NCBI GenBank assembly: GCA_012295275.1
Contig: CM022672.1
Span: 14,322,001-14,386,000, forward strand
Reading direction: 5' to 3'
From: Chrysomallon squamiferum
Taxonomy: Eukaryota > Animalia > Mollusca
DNA length: 64,000 nt
The notes beneath the pieces were generated by a model that saw only the letters and a program-made list of their open reading frames with translations, was not told the DNA's origin and searched no databases. The position numbers were made by a program, and so were the translations under genes. Below, one piece after another: positions 1 to 64,000 of this stretch. Every line of letters begins with the position of its first letter. The stretch's first letter is position 1.

Positions 1-249
1 ACATAGCCTTCTCTGTATGATTCAATTCCTTAATGAAGATTAATCATTTGGATTTTAGTATAATATAATACAAAATTTATAATGTTATAATGTTGTAATG
101 TAATGTAATGTTATGTTATCTAATACAGTATAACACAGTACAATACAGTACAACACAACATATTAATAAATATGAATAAAGAAGTAAGTAAGTGAATGAA
201 TGAATAAAATATATATATATTCAAACATACATGTATATAATTTCAGATA

Positions 250-301
250 TACATACATACATTCATTCACAAATACATTCAGTTTTATATATATATATAC
301 C

Positions 302-333
<32 letters not shown>

Positions 334-403
334 CATACATACATACATATACACACACACACACACACACATACATACATACATACATACAGACAGACAG
401 ACA

Positions 404-473
<70 letters not shown>

Positions 474-490
474 CATACATACAGACACAC
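250..490. repeat. Compound (CATA)n/(CA)n microsatellite
   Basis: Direct inspection. Confidence 0.9.
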
Positions 491-516
491 TGGTATAATC
501 TGTTTTATTTTGTCAG

Positions 517-613
517 ATTGTTAAGCTAGCCAGTCTGGTACACAGAACATCACAACATGGTTTCCAGATTATAGCAGGATCAGCTAGCTTTCTTTTATCA
601 GCATACGTTGTGG
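517..613 (+). CDS. HOGA1: HOGA1 exon (97 nt, phase 0->1)
   Basis: tgtcag|ATTGTT...GTGG|gtgagt; [33 protein letters not shown]. Confidence 0.93.
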
Positions 614-2653
614 GTGAGTTGCACTTCTACTTATTTTGTGTCATGGTCACTGTACTGGCATGATGCATGATCTGTCACAGGATCAAATCTCCTCACAGCT
701 TACACCTGACTAATTTACTTTTTTAAGTTTGTGGGAAGGTGAATATAAAAGCTACTTATTGCTGACTGAAAGAGTTCTGTGTGATCTAGTGGATTTCTCC
801 TTATTTTTCTGTGTTATCCCTAACTGTATAATATTTATAATCATAAAGGGAAAGTGTTTTCTGTATATCTTAATATATTATTTTCTTGCTGAAACATTAT
901 AAGTGTTTTATTACATGTATATATATAATAATTAAGTTATTTTTATAGAGACATATAATGTATTAATTTTTTATTATTATCTGGTTATCAGGTAAATGCT
1001 TACTCTTGTGTGGCATATTTTTTAATTTTGGGTGATAAATTTAAATAGCTTCTAATTTTATAGATATTAGAACACTGTATGTTTAATATTTTATTATTAC
1101 CAGGCATATAAAAACACTATTATGGTTACTATTGTATCATTACTAGATATATAATAACACTGTATGTTTAATATTGTATATTTATTAGATATATATAATG
1201 ACACTGTATGTTTAATACTGTATTATTACTAGATATATAATAACACTGTATGTTTAATATTGTATATTTATTAGATATATATAATGACGCTGTATGTTTA
1301 ATACTGTATTATTACTAGATATATAATAACACTTTATGTTTAATACTGTATTATTACTAGATACATAATGACACTGTATGTTTAATACTGTATTATTACT
1401 AGGTATATATAATGACACTTGTTGTGTTTCAGGTTGTGTTGGAGGAATCTGTGCACTATCAAATGTCCTGGGACAAGAAGTTTGCAAACTGGAAAGTTTC
1501 TACAAAGAAGGGAAGTTGACAGAAGCAAAATTACTTCAACACAGACTTATAGCCCCCAACACAGCTGTAAGTATAATCTACCTCAGTAAAGACAGATATA
1601 GCTGTATGTATAATCTACTTCAAACAGACATATTTAGCATTAGTATAATCTAATTCAGTACAGACAGATATAGCTGTATGTATAATCTACTTCAGTATAG
1701 ACAGATATAGCTGTTAGAATAATCTAACTCAGTACAGACAGATATAGCTGTAAGAATAATCTAATTCAGTAAAACAGACATATATAGCATTAGTATAATC
1801 TACTTCAGTATAGACAGATGTAGCTGTAAGTATAATCTATTACAATACAGATATAGCTGTAAGTATAATCTACTACAGTACAGATATAGCTCTAAGTATA
1901 ATCAACTACAGTATAGATCTAGCTGTAAGTATAATCTACTACAGTATAGATGTAGCTGTAAGTATAATCTACTACAGTATAGATATAGCTGTAAGTAGAA
2001 TCTTTTACAGTATAGATCTAGCTGTAAGTATAATCTACTGCAGTATAGATATAGCTGTATGATCTACTACAGTATAGATCTAGCTGTAAGTATAATCTAC
2101 TACAGTATAGATATAGCTGTAAGTATAATCTACTACAGTACAGATATAGCTCTAAGTATAATCAACTACAGTATAGATCTAGCTGTAAGTATAATCAACT
2201 ACAGTATAGATACAGCTGTAAGTATAATCTACTACAGTATAGATTATAGCTGTAAGTATAATCTACTACAGTATAGATGTAGCTGTATGTATAATCTATT
2301 ACAGTATAGATACAGCTGTAAGTATAATCTACTACAGTACAGACAGATATACAAATATAGCTATAAGTAATATGAATGATTTATAACATGCATGATTTAA
2401 TTTACAGAGCCTTTTTTGAGATCAATGACTATTTTTAATTTCAACTATATATGTTTTTAATGATAAATTAAAGGCCTTAAATTAATGGGTACAATTAAAT
2501 GTGTTAGACCAATCAGACAATGATAAATATTGTAAACATCTATCTCTACCTGATGCAGATAAGAACTCATTTTTTTTATTTCTTTGAGTTTATATCACTG
2601 TTCAAATCCAAAAATTTCATTTTAACATTTTTCCTTTTTAAAATTTGATTAAT

Positions 2654-2689
<36 letters not shown>

Positions 2690-3040
2690 GTCAATGTTGT
2701 AATATGTAATGTCCAGACACACACACAACTCACAACATACATACATAAACAACTGTATATCCGTATAAACCTTCACTTTTATGTTATCAGTTTAATAGTT
2801 AAAATGGTGAAGAATTTTGAATTCACACACTTCATATAATAATAATAAAAAAAAATTAACTTACACTTCTTTTTAAAAATCTTTAAGGTTACTAAACGGT
2901 TTGGAGTTGCTGGTTTGAAAAAGATGATGGAGTGGCTGGGATTCTATGGAGGGCCAACAAGGTCACCACTGCTGCCATTGTCTAAACACGAAGAAGAAAT
3001 CCTTCGAGAAGTCTTTCAACAAAACGGCTTTCTAAACTGA
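517..3040 (+). CDS. HOGA1: HOGA1 (mitochondrial 4-hydroxy-2-oxoglutarate aldolase, DHDPS family), 3' part: join(517..613,1433..1566,2888..3040); 5' exons outside window
   Basis: The spliced translation [53 protein letters not shown]...[42 protein letters not shown]...NGFLN* matches the recalled HOGA1 C-terminus ([53 protein letters not shown]). AG/GT boundaries and phases are consistent. Confidence 0.95.
1060..1420 (+). repeat. ~42-44 bp intronic minisatellite abutting a HOGA1 acceptor
   Basis: About 8 copies of actgtatgtttaatactgtattattactagatatatataa(t/c)(g/a)c. Confidence 0.85.
1433..1566 (+). CDS. HOGA1: HOGA1 exon (134 nt, phase 1->0)
   Basis: tttcag|GTTGT...ACAGCT|gtaagt; (G)[44 protein letters not shown]. 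Confidence 0.95.
1563..2370 (+). repeat. 33-37 bp minisatellite beginning at a HOGA1 splice donor
   Basis: More than 20 copies of agctgtaagtataatctactacagtatagatat; the first copy overlaps the exon/intron junction. Confidence 0.92.
2888..3040 (+). CDS. HOGA1: HOGA1 terminal coding exon with TGA stop
   Basis: tttaag|GTTACT...AACTGA; [50 protein letters not shown]. Confidence 0.95.
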   Translation, partial: VTKRFGVAGLKKMMEWLGFYGGPTRSPLLPLSKHEEEILREVFQQNGFLN

Positions 3041-4214
3041 TACATCAGCATTGTTTTATTTATAATTATATATATATATATATAAAAACTGTTTTTGAAA
3101 TCACACAAAAATCTGTTCCAAACAGTTCCTCATTAACAGGTATTTTCAAAGCTTGGCGTATATTTAAGAAGAACAAATAAGAAATGAATGTTATTTTATC
3201 TACATGTATATAGACAAACACACATGATTTATAATGAAAAACAAAACAAAGATTATTTAATTTAAACTGATTCTGAACTCCCTGGAATTGAAAAAAAAAA
3301 AAATAAATAAATATATCACTAATTAGTCAAACAAACAGAGAAATTAAAGAAATATTGTTACAGTTCATAAAAGTATCCTTTCTCTTAGTTTTAATTACAG
3401 AAAAGTAAGCCAGTGAAGTATTGATTTAACAATTTCAAAAACAGATACCTTTTTAATAATGACTGAATTAACAGAAATTTCCAGTGGCATGGGTTAATAA
3501 CAGAAAGATAGAGACAGCAAATATTCTCTGTGTTAGGTTAATTTTTTAAATTACAAAGATGGAATGTATTTTCAATTTTTAGATACACAATTATATTTAT
3601 AAATGAAGTTAAAGGTTGATTACATTAAAGAAATTGTTTAGAGAAAAATGAAGAATGTATGCATCCTTAGTAGAGAAAAAAAATACAAATTTGCAAAATC
3701 CAGATATTGTGACTTGTTTGAAAGTCAAACTCATCTGTTTAATAAATGGTAGAAATTTATATGAAATAAATAAACGTGTGTTTCAGGAAACCTTTGAACA
3801 AAATTCCATAGGTTAATGATAGAAATTTATGAACTGAACAAATGAATGTGTTGTCAAACCTTGGCATTTTTATCTCACAACATTACATCAGCTGCTGGGC
3901 ATCATACACAGGTAAATGTACAAAAATGTTAATATATCTGTTCATGTACAAAGAGTTTTAGTTCTGTTTCTAGTGTAAATCAAAACACTGTGAATGTGGC
4001 TTTGCAGAAGTATCATAGTTACCAAAGTAAATAAATGTATCCATTTGAAATCCAGGATGTTGTTATTTAATGAAAGATTATGTGATTCGGTGGACCGAAT
4101 ATGAAATTAGCTTATTGCTTGTTAAACATAATTGTTGATTAAAAGCTTGAATGAAGAGCACTTGATTTATTTGAATCATTCTGTTGCTTTTGTATTGGTG
4201 TTATTTGTTAGCTC

Positions 4215-4216
<2 letters not shown>

Positions 4217-4289
<73 letters not shown>

Positions 4290-4417
4290 CATTATTATTA
4301 TTATTATCATTATTAATAAATTTATTATTATTATTATTATTATATTATTACTATCATTATTATTATTATTATTATATTATTATTATTATCATTATTATTA
4401 TTATTATTACTATCATT

Positions 4418-4448
<31 letters not shown>

Positions 4449-4458
4449 TTATTATTTT
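4217..4458. repeat. (ATT)n microsatellite
   Basis: Direct inspection. Confidence 0.9.
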
Positions 4459-4869
4459 GTTGTTTTGATTGTGTCAAATTGCTGTACATATCATTATTAT
4501 TTACATGATAAAATTAACATTACAAATGGTGCTAATAAAAATGATTCTTCTATTCATTTTGTTGTTTCTTTTTTTACTTTTTTTCATGTTTTAATTTTCA
4601 ATTTTTTTTTTTTTTTTTTTAAATAAAAACAAAATTATTCAGTAAGATTATTGTTTTCAATAATAACAGTAATAAAGAAAATTCAGAAAGTTATTCATTT
4701 TGTTGAACAGTTTATTCTTTAATGAAGAAGATTCAAAACAGTTTTGACATATTTCAGCTGAATAGCCAAAGAATAATAAAGTTTTATTTGAACTTGCAGT
4801 ATTGAATTTCAGTAAAGTAATCAAAAAATAAGAGATATCAATGTGCAGCTGAAATGAGAAAATTGGTTA

Positions 4870-4900
<31 letters not shown>

Positions 4901-4921
4901 TGAACTCTGGTGACATTGTTG

Positions 4922-4978
<57 letters not shown>

Positions 4979-6324
4979 ATTTATTTTTAATATTCCTCAT
5001 GACTTGTATTTTGTTTGTTTATTACATACTTTTGAAATAATATAACTATGAGACTTCAACTTTCAACATTTAAATTACCTGTTTTAAATACTAAGGCTGA
5101 CCAATGTCTAGGTATATTATTAATTTTTTAAATTATTTTTTAAATACAAGAACATGTTATATATCACTTCTTTAAAGATTTGTATTAAAAAATGTTTGGC
5201 ATTAAAAACAAAAATGAAAAAAGGACTAAAATTATATTTGTCAGAAAACTAACATCTCAATTTTTATTTTATTTCTAGGCTGCTGAATGGGAAGTATAAA
5301 AAGTTAAATGTTCAAAGTAATGTTATATTAACAATTTTAATCTGAAATGGTCACATCTAATTTTACATTCAAAGTAGACTGGTACTGACAAGTATTAAGC
5401 CATTATTAATAAAAACAAATATTTCACCATAAATGGGTTTTTTTTGAGAAAAGTGGTTTTAAATTTATTCTAAAATGTAAAAAGTGACTCAGTCATGATT
5501 CTGAACTTTAAATATGCAATAAAATTTATAAATATGTATTATATATATGAAAAAAAAACTACACACACATCTGAAGACATCTTTTATCTTTTTATTTACT
5601 GAAACCAAGAATACAGATTAACAATGCATTTGAAAAACAAGAATACACAACAAAAACGAATAATAGGAAAATAAATAAATAAAGTAAGTGTACCTTTGAT
5701 GTTATACAAATGGTCTAAATAAATGTTTAGTGTTACACAAATACTCTAAATAGATTTTTGATGACAAATTATTTCTATTAATGAACTTTAATAATGGTTG
5801 TAAGGATGCATGTTCTGATGCAAAAATTTCCACTTTATCAGAATTAATTAATACACAGAATCTGATGAATATAAAATAAATTTTGTAATATTCTAGCAAA
5901 GCATTATTATTATTATTATATTTATTATTATTATTATTATTATTATTAATGAAAAAATATCAGGCTTTATTTTTTTTAGCAAAGATTGGTGTGAAGGGTA
6001 ACAAAAAAATAACAAAACTCACAAAACACATTTAAACTATTTGTTATTTCACCAATGGTACACTAAGAAATATTTTGTTTCATAAAACATTTTAAATATT
6101 TAAGTGAATTGTTCATGTAGCTTTTTTTTTGTTATGTTTATTCAGTCATTATAATTATTATAATTACTTTTATATGCATTTAATTATTTATGAAATGTTT
6201 TTAACCACATTATTGATAAAGTAAATTAAGGTATATATATATATATATATATAAAACAAGTTCTCTTGAACCAAAGGATTACAATTTATAAATGTGAAAA
6301 AAATAAAAAATAAAAAATAAAAGA

Positions 6325-6378
<54 letters not shown>

Positions 6379-6784
6379 CATAATCATAATAATAAATAAT
6401 TACAATAAATAAATAAATAAATATTTAATAAAAATAAGATTATAAATCTTGAACATAAATCAAAATAGTATTGATTAAGAACAAAAGGTGGGGGTGTGTA
6501 CATATTTGAAACTGTTCACAGTCAGTTTTACTGTATGAGCATGGATCTAGGGTTATATAAACAAAAATGGGTGACGTCTTTGTGGTATGTATGACATTTA
6601 ATAGAAAAGAGTTTCATGACATCAAGAGAGAGAATAAGGCCTATGTATCATGAATTATGTGGAAAAATGTTTCCAAGTCTAAACTGCATTGCATTCAGCA
6701 GTTGGTGGTTGATTTTTGCAAAATTATAAAAAAAAAAAAAAGTATCATCAGAATTTAAAATATTATAATTTAATAGTACAGATA

Positions 6785-6831
<47 letters not shown>

Positions 6832-8848
6832 AATTTGTGAAATTTTTTTAATTATTTTTTTTTATCTTAATTGTTACTTCTGTGATATGACTTTAAAAGT
6901 GAAATAATACAGTTTTGGTTTGGTCTAGAATTATCCAAAACAACACATTTTTATTAACAATTTCAAGTAAAATCAACAATTCTGTACAATTAACAACAAA
7001 CTTAGGGTAATATACAAGGCATCATGGTGCCTGATATATAAAAAAAAAAACAATATATGTTTTACAAAAGTATCTGACAGTAAATGAATAAATTCACCTT
7101 GATCAACAAAAAGTAATACTAAAAACTTTCCACAAAGAAACACAAAAATTTAAATGTCTTTCTTCTTATCATTATTTTTAGAAGATTTATTAATTACTGT
7201 AAGAAATGTAAATACAACTTAATCTACTTTTAAGATAATTAGTTAAAGATAACAAAGTAAATGTTAGTTTTGTTTTGGAAAGTGGGTTAACTATCATTAT
7301 TATTTACACTAATATTTAACAACGTTCACATATACACCTACTAATCATACAATACAGTCTGTATTTTACATGTGTCAACTGAGGTTAGTACTGGGTTTAG
7401 CAAGCTCACACCTATCACCCCACCCAGAAAAATTAACTGATTTCATACAGTTAATACTGCACTCATTTTTTCACTTTATATATATCTTTTAAATTAAATC
7501 TATCTTATTACATATATATATATATATATAAAGTGGATATGTATACATGTGTGTGTGTGTATGCATGTGTGTATGTATGTATGTATGTATGTATATGTGT
7601 ATGTAATTAAAAGAAAATAGATGTATATATATGTGTGTGTTTGCATGTATGTATGTATGTATGTATGTATGTATGTGAAAGAAAAGATAAATTGGAAAAG
7701 TTGATGCTGTACTTCTTTGATCATATGGAATATACATTTATATCTAACCCATGAGATAAGGTACAGTCTGCTTTATACTTATTTGTTTTTGTATATTAAA
7801 ATTATACCCATCCCATGAGACAAAATACGCAAGATATTATTGTATTTATTTGTTCACTGCACATACATTATACCTCTGTAAACAAATCAAAAAAATATAT
7901 TAAACTACAGTTCAAGTTTAAATGTATCCCATCAAAAAAAAATAATAATAAAAAATAATAAATATATATATATCAAATAAAAATTGTTTTTTTAAATTAC
8001 CATTCGCACAGATTTATTTGTTCATGTATTACACAGGATTGGCTCTTGTTTGTTCTGTTAACTATTTACAAATATTAATTGAACAAAATACAATTTAAAT
8101 AATAGGGTTTAAAATTCCCAAAGTAAGAAATAAAAGGAAGAGGTTAAGTATTTCACATATATCTTTAATATTCATTGACAAACTCATTAAGAGCTGCTGT
8201 TGTTTTATATCTGTACTGATATACTGTCAGTTACTTAAACCTGTATATATATGTAAATAAAAACAAGATACGTGAATAAATAGAATGAAGTTATATATTT
8301 ATATATATATATATATATATATGAATAATATATAGAAACAAAGAAATATATATCAGTAATATAGATATGTCTGTATGAAAGAAAGCTAAATAGAAATATA
8401 TATAATATATATATATATATATATACAAATAGAAATTTTAGGAGATCAAAGAACATATGAGTACATGTGTATACATTCATTTGTGTATGTGCTGGTGACT
8501 GTAAGATGCATGTTTGTTTATATATGTGTCATGTATGCATACAAAGGTTTTGTGATGTAAACATACCATATATTTGTTCATTTATGATGAGGTTACACTT
8601 AAAATATTTGTGTACATAATTACAACATACATCATTTTCTTATGACAAATGTGGTTTCTTAATTTTTTTTCATAGTAAACTGTGGTTTCTTAAGAATTTT
8701 GTAACTTAATGTTTATAGATCCACAGTTTCTTTTTTAATAACAATTAAAATTATTATATTATAACAGACTAAAAAAGAAAAAAGAAAAAAACACCCCGAT
8801 ACACTGATAAGTAGTAAATATATTTTTTTATTTTTTTTATTTATATTT

Positions 8849-8883
<35 letters not shown>

Positions 8884-10012
8884 TTGTTGTTAATATTGTT
8901 ATTATTATTATTATTATTATTGTTATTATTATTATTATTATTTTATATATATATATAATTTTTTTTTTTTGGAAAAAGATTATTCTTTCATGCTGTTTAT
9001 TTTTGTCAATGATTTTTTTAAAATTAAGGGATTGAAAGAGTTTATATATACTGTATACATTTTTACAGATTCAATGAAAAGAAATTTCTTTAAAGCATCT
9101 AAAATCTACACTGATAATTTAGAAAACTGTTGGGTTATTTACAAAACAAAAATGTTTATAAATATTGCACAAAAAAGCTGCTACTAATGTAAATTATTAC
9201 TGTAACAAATATATATATATACCTCTGAAAGAAAATCCCTATATTTAAGAACAATATTTTGAAGCCAACTGTAAACATTATAAAATTCATATTTTCTATA
9301 GAAAATATATTAATTAACAAAAAAGTTATTAAAGATAATTTAAATCAAATATCTAATGATAAAAGAAATAGTATTTTTTTTTTTTTTTTTATAAAGGTTA
9401 AAATTTAAAATAAATAAAAATAATTAAATAGAGAATAATTAAAAACAAATGATAATAAACAGAAATGAATAATTCAAAAACTGCAAAAAAGTAATAATAA
9501 AAAAAAAAAAAAAATTAAAAAAATAAAATTAAAATAAAGTAATTAAAAAATTTTTTTTTTTAAACAAAACAACAGTTATATCTTTTACCTGTACAGGTAG
9601 AATATCAAAATTATTTCACAGCCAATATTTGACAAACTAACTGAATCTTAATAACCTAAAACAACAGAATATTTTAACAAAGCTATTAAGTATTATTAAC
9701 ATATCTGAACTTGGTAAGTTAGCTGCATATCACACTTTAAGTAATTTAGTTTTGTTCTAAATATATCTTCATTTGATTATGGGAAATCACATTCTGTTTA
9801 AAAGTCATTTAAATGAACAGTGTACAAACAAAGTGCTCTGTTGAAAGCCTGAAGGTAATATCAACCAAAAAAAAAAAAAAAAAAAATTAAAAATCAAAAA
9901 ATTAAAACAAATAATGAAGTTAATCACAGAAATATCTTGATAACCATAGGTATGATTTTTTTTAATTATTATATTTTTTTAATGAGGTGTTAAAAATCCA
10001 TACAAATAGTTA

Positions 10013-10055
<43 letters not shown>

Positions 10056-12495
10056 GGGGAAATCTTGTGATTTGTTCATGTTCTTATCACCCTTTGACTT
10101 TCATATAAACAAATTATTTATCTAAATGATGATTTTTCTGTTATTTTCTTCATTATTTGTACTCTAAAAATACAATAATTTAATATCTTTTTGTTCACAA
10201 TGATATTGTAATTAAAAAAAATCTAAGAACAGAATTTCCTGAATTTTTTTTTTTTTTTTTTTTTTACCATATCACAGTATATGTCAGGCACAGAAGTGTA
10301 TTTTTGTTTGTTAACAGTTGTAACAATTAAAAGAGACAAGTCAATAAATTTATTCCTGAACTGCACAGTGTGTCATGTATAATGTAACGATATGTCATGA
10401 CAGGATTCTCTAAACATCAGTTTTGTTTCAGTGTGCATTATAATTCAAATATCACTTTTATTTGTTATTATTTTTTAAAGATAAAAAATAAATAAAAATA
10501 AAAATCTGTTCATGTAAATGAACTGTGTGTTTTTGCCTGTGTTTGTGTAAGTGGAAATGCATTTATAGTCTTTTATCTGAATAGGTTCAAAGCCTCTGCC
10601 TTTGTGGTAATGGGGACAGTGGTTAGTGGGCATTTGTAATACAGTTTATATCATGTACAGAAAAGAATGTAAAAAAATAAAAATAAAATAAAAATAAAAG
10701 ATACAATAGATGTACACGAGTGTGTAGAAAAATAGTACAAAATCTGGGACTCAAAGCTGAATGAAAAATCAAACCAAAAAAATATGCCTTGAGTTATTAC
10801 AAAACGACTAAATAGAAAATATTATCTGATTTACTAAAAATAGACACAAGATAGTATTTTCTTTATCTCTTCCATTACAAACAGACATAGGAAATGAAGG
10901 AAAACTACAAAACTAAAATGAAAAAAAAAAACAAGAAGAAAAAAAAAAGATGGAAAGAAAGAAAAATAATTAAAAAATAACCAGTCTTTTATTTTCAGAA
11001 TTCTAATTTCATCAAGCAAATTATTAAAAATAATAAAAAAAATATTTGTTCAAACAAACACAGTAACTCTATGTTTAACAAGCAGTGTATGAAGTAATAA
11101 TTGCTAAGATTTAAAAAAAAAAAAAAATAAAAAAAGATGAAAATATTATTGCTGCCAGTTATAATCCAAGATTAATCCAGTAAGCTTAAGTATTAACACT
11201 TAATTACATATAAACTAATAACTAAATAATCAACAAAACAATTTTTTGTAAAGTGACCTTCACCTAAAAAAGTATAAAAGGAAAAATGTGAAAGTAAAAT
11301 GAAAAAAAACAAAAATTAAATTCATAAAGAAAATAGAGAAAAAAAAGGAAAACAAAAAAGGAACCAGCCTTGTTGTCATGGTGATAAGAATTGACATAAA
11401 ATTTGCTGTGGCTCTGTATAATAAAAAGCTTACAGCATGTTGATACCGTACAATGAATGTATTGATAATATCAACAAACATTATTATGATAGTATTGATA
11501 ATAATCCAGTTATATATTATTAAATTATAACAACAGCATTAATATACATACATCTTCAATTATCTGTGTGAATGCGTTTACATGTGCATGCGTGTGCATG
11601 CGTATGTGTGTAATATTGTGATAATATCAGATGTACAATTCTGTTGATAAGACTTTAGACATGCACTATAAACAAGCAATTACATAATACAGTTTAATAA
11701 TATTGAAACAGTACTGATATATGAAAGTTTTGATAGCACTTGAAACATGCAATATTATGTTGATACAATACAAACAATTGAATAATATTGAAATAGATAA
11801 TATTATGAAAGAATTATATTGAAGTATTATGTATATTAATTGTATATCAGGTATAAGTCAGAAGTACATTTTTTTGTTTTAAATAACAGAATTATTAGAT
11901 AAAAAATATTATGACTTTATAAAACGTAACAAATGTATGCATCTATTTGGAAAGTGGTGGTTTAATAAGCTAACATTGAAATATTCATAAAACAACCAAA
12001 AGTTATCGATGTTTTTTGTCTGAAATTAGGTGGGAGAAAAGAAATGACAACAAAATTTAAAAAAAAAGTAAGAGAAACATCTCAAACATGAAAAATTAAA
12101 GCAACATTTTGCAAAATTTCTATTAACATAATGATTAACATAAATAATTATAAAAAAATAAATTAATAATTCAGTTTTTGAAAAGATTAAATATCTTAAG
12201 TATGTATCTCCTAATTTAACATACAATACATTTGTCATGTATTTAATATCCAGCTGTATTTCATATACTTACATAATCATTTGAGAAGTATTTCCATTTA
12301 TGCAACATGACCCTACATTAACCAGCATCATTTCAAGTCGTAAATATGTATGTTTCTGATTTGTTGCTATATAAATGAAAATTTAAGATCAAGATTTCAA
12401 AAACAGAAAGGGGCTTAACTCTTGCCCAGTACATGTTAGCATCATTCTAACATAAATATACTTGTTCACAACTTATTTTTTTATTGAAAAAAAAA

Positions 12496-12526
<31 letters not shown>

Positions 12527-13394
12527 CAAAACATGTTCTCTTTGCTTTGTCGTACAAAACTAAGATTATTTTCATTTACTCATTGTTTTGCAGTAGAATT
12601 CAATAGCATGCAGTCAATAGCAAACAAATAGTAGGTTAGTATGTTTGCACCATTATTTATCTATGTGTCACTTTAAATGATGAAGATTATAATCTTGTAT
12701 TAACTGGGATTAACTATAATGCTATAATACACACTGGTACAGAAATATTTTGAGAGCAATACACATTTTTTTTCTGTCAGTTTTTCATTTTAATTTGAAC
12801 TTATTAATAATTATATATCCACTTCAGCATAATTTAGAAAATATTAGATCTAAAATTTTAACAAATTATATATATAAATAATACATAATGCAAATCCCAG
12901 CAAATATTCATTATATGACAAAACGGTGTTTTTAAAAATATCTGATATTCCATTCTTGCTAGTGTCACATTTTCACTTTAATAATAATAGTAGGTAATAC
13001 ACATTTGTATTACACATATTCACTAAACAAGTATTTTTATCCATGCATTGCATATATTCAACAGTTGTATGTTATACATTTTTAACAATTGTATGTTATA
13101 TATTTTCAACAATTGTATGTTGTATTTCTTCAACAATTACAAAAATAATGATTGTGCCAAAAAAAAAAAAAAAAAAAAAAAAGCCACAAACGACTAGAGT
13201 TTTTGTTTCAATGGACAGTCGTAGACAGAAGCCTTCATTTTATAATCCACATCGGCCATCTTGAAATTCCATTCATTTTGGTCACAGAGTCATAGTGTTG
13301 TTATAACAGTAGTGTATCAGCAGCTGTTTAATAATACAGTTTCGTACAGTCATAACAATGATTTATTAGAAGGTGAACAACATACATATATGTA

Positions 13395-13438
<44 letters not shown>

Positions 13439-13605
13439 TTATCACACAGTTATTATAACAAAGGTATATTAGGTGGCTGTTTAGTAATAAGTATGCATCC
13501 CATATCAATGAGTGTTTGCTGATTGAGAAACATCTCTCAAAATAACTTGGGTAAGAATTTCTCCTGGAAACAAAATCTGAAGAATTTTGTTTGTTCAAGT
13601 CCTCT

Positions 13606-63875
<50,270 letters not shown>

Positions 63876-64000
63876 CTGAAATGATGATAACAACGGAAAA
63901 TATTACTAAAAATATTACTGAACTTTTCAATGAGATATAACTAAAAATATTACTAAAAATATTACTGAACTTTTCAAGGAGATATTACTAAAAATATTAT

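Noticed and set aside
163-529. Several ORFs with CV/HT/YI repeats (similar ORFs at 4132-4626, 28860-29186, 37755-38273, 43880-44344, 61488-62004 and elsewhere)
   Set aside because: They are translations of microsatellites; there is no coding signal beyond the real exons they overlap.

Overview
This is AT-rich, microsatellite-dense metazoan (invertebrate, mollusc/cephalopod-like; the taxon is an inference) genomic DNA with two convergent, intron-rich genes. On the + strand are the last three coding exons of HOGA1 (4-hydroxy-2-oxoglutarate aldolase; 517-3040). On the - strand is most of a type-I ferlin (myoferlin/dysferlin-like), with about 50 exons traced by hand from C2B (63875) through FerI, C2C, FerA/FerB, nested DysF and the later C2 domains to the C-terminal TM anchor and stop (13606). 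Its 5' end lies outside the window. Main observations: (1) two homologous 77-nt exons of identical phase in the C2C domain, which must be mutually exclusive; (2) a candidate 12-nt microexon at the position of the vertebrate alternative exon 17; (3) candidate cassette exons with downstream TGCATG clusters at the position of dysferlin's calpain-cleavage exon 40a; (4) minisatellites and local duplications that repeatedly copy real splice junctions; (5) two damaged DysF exons and a 1-nt homopolymer frameshift, probably assembly errors. A pogo/Tigger-type MITE is also present. Most ORFs in the supplied track are translations of simple repeats.
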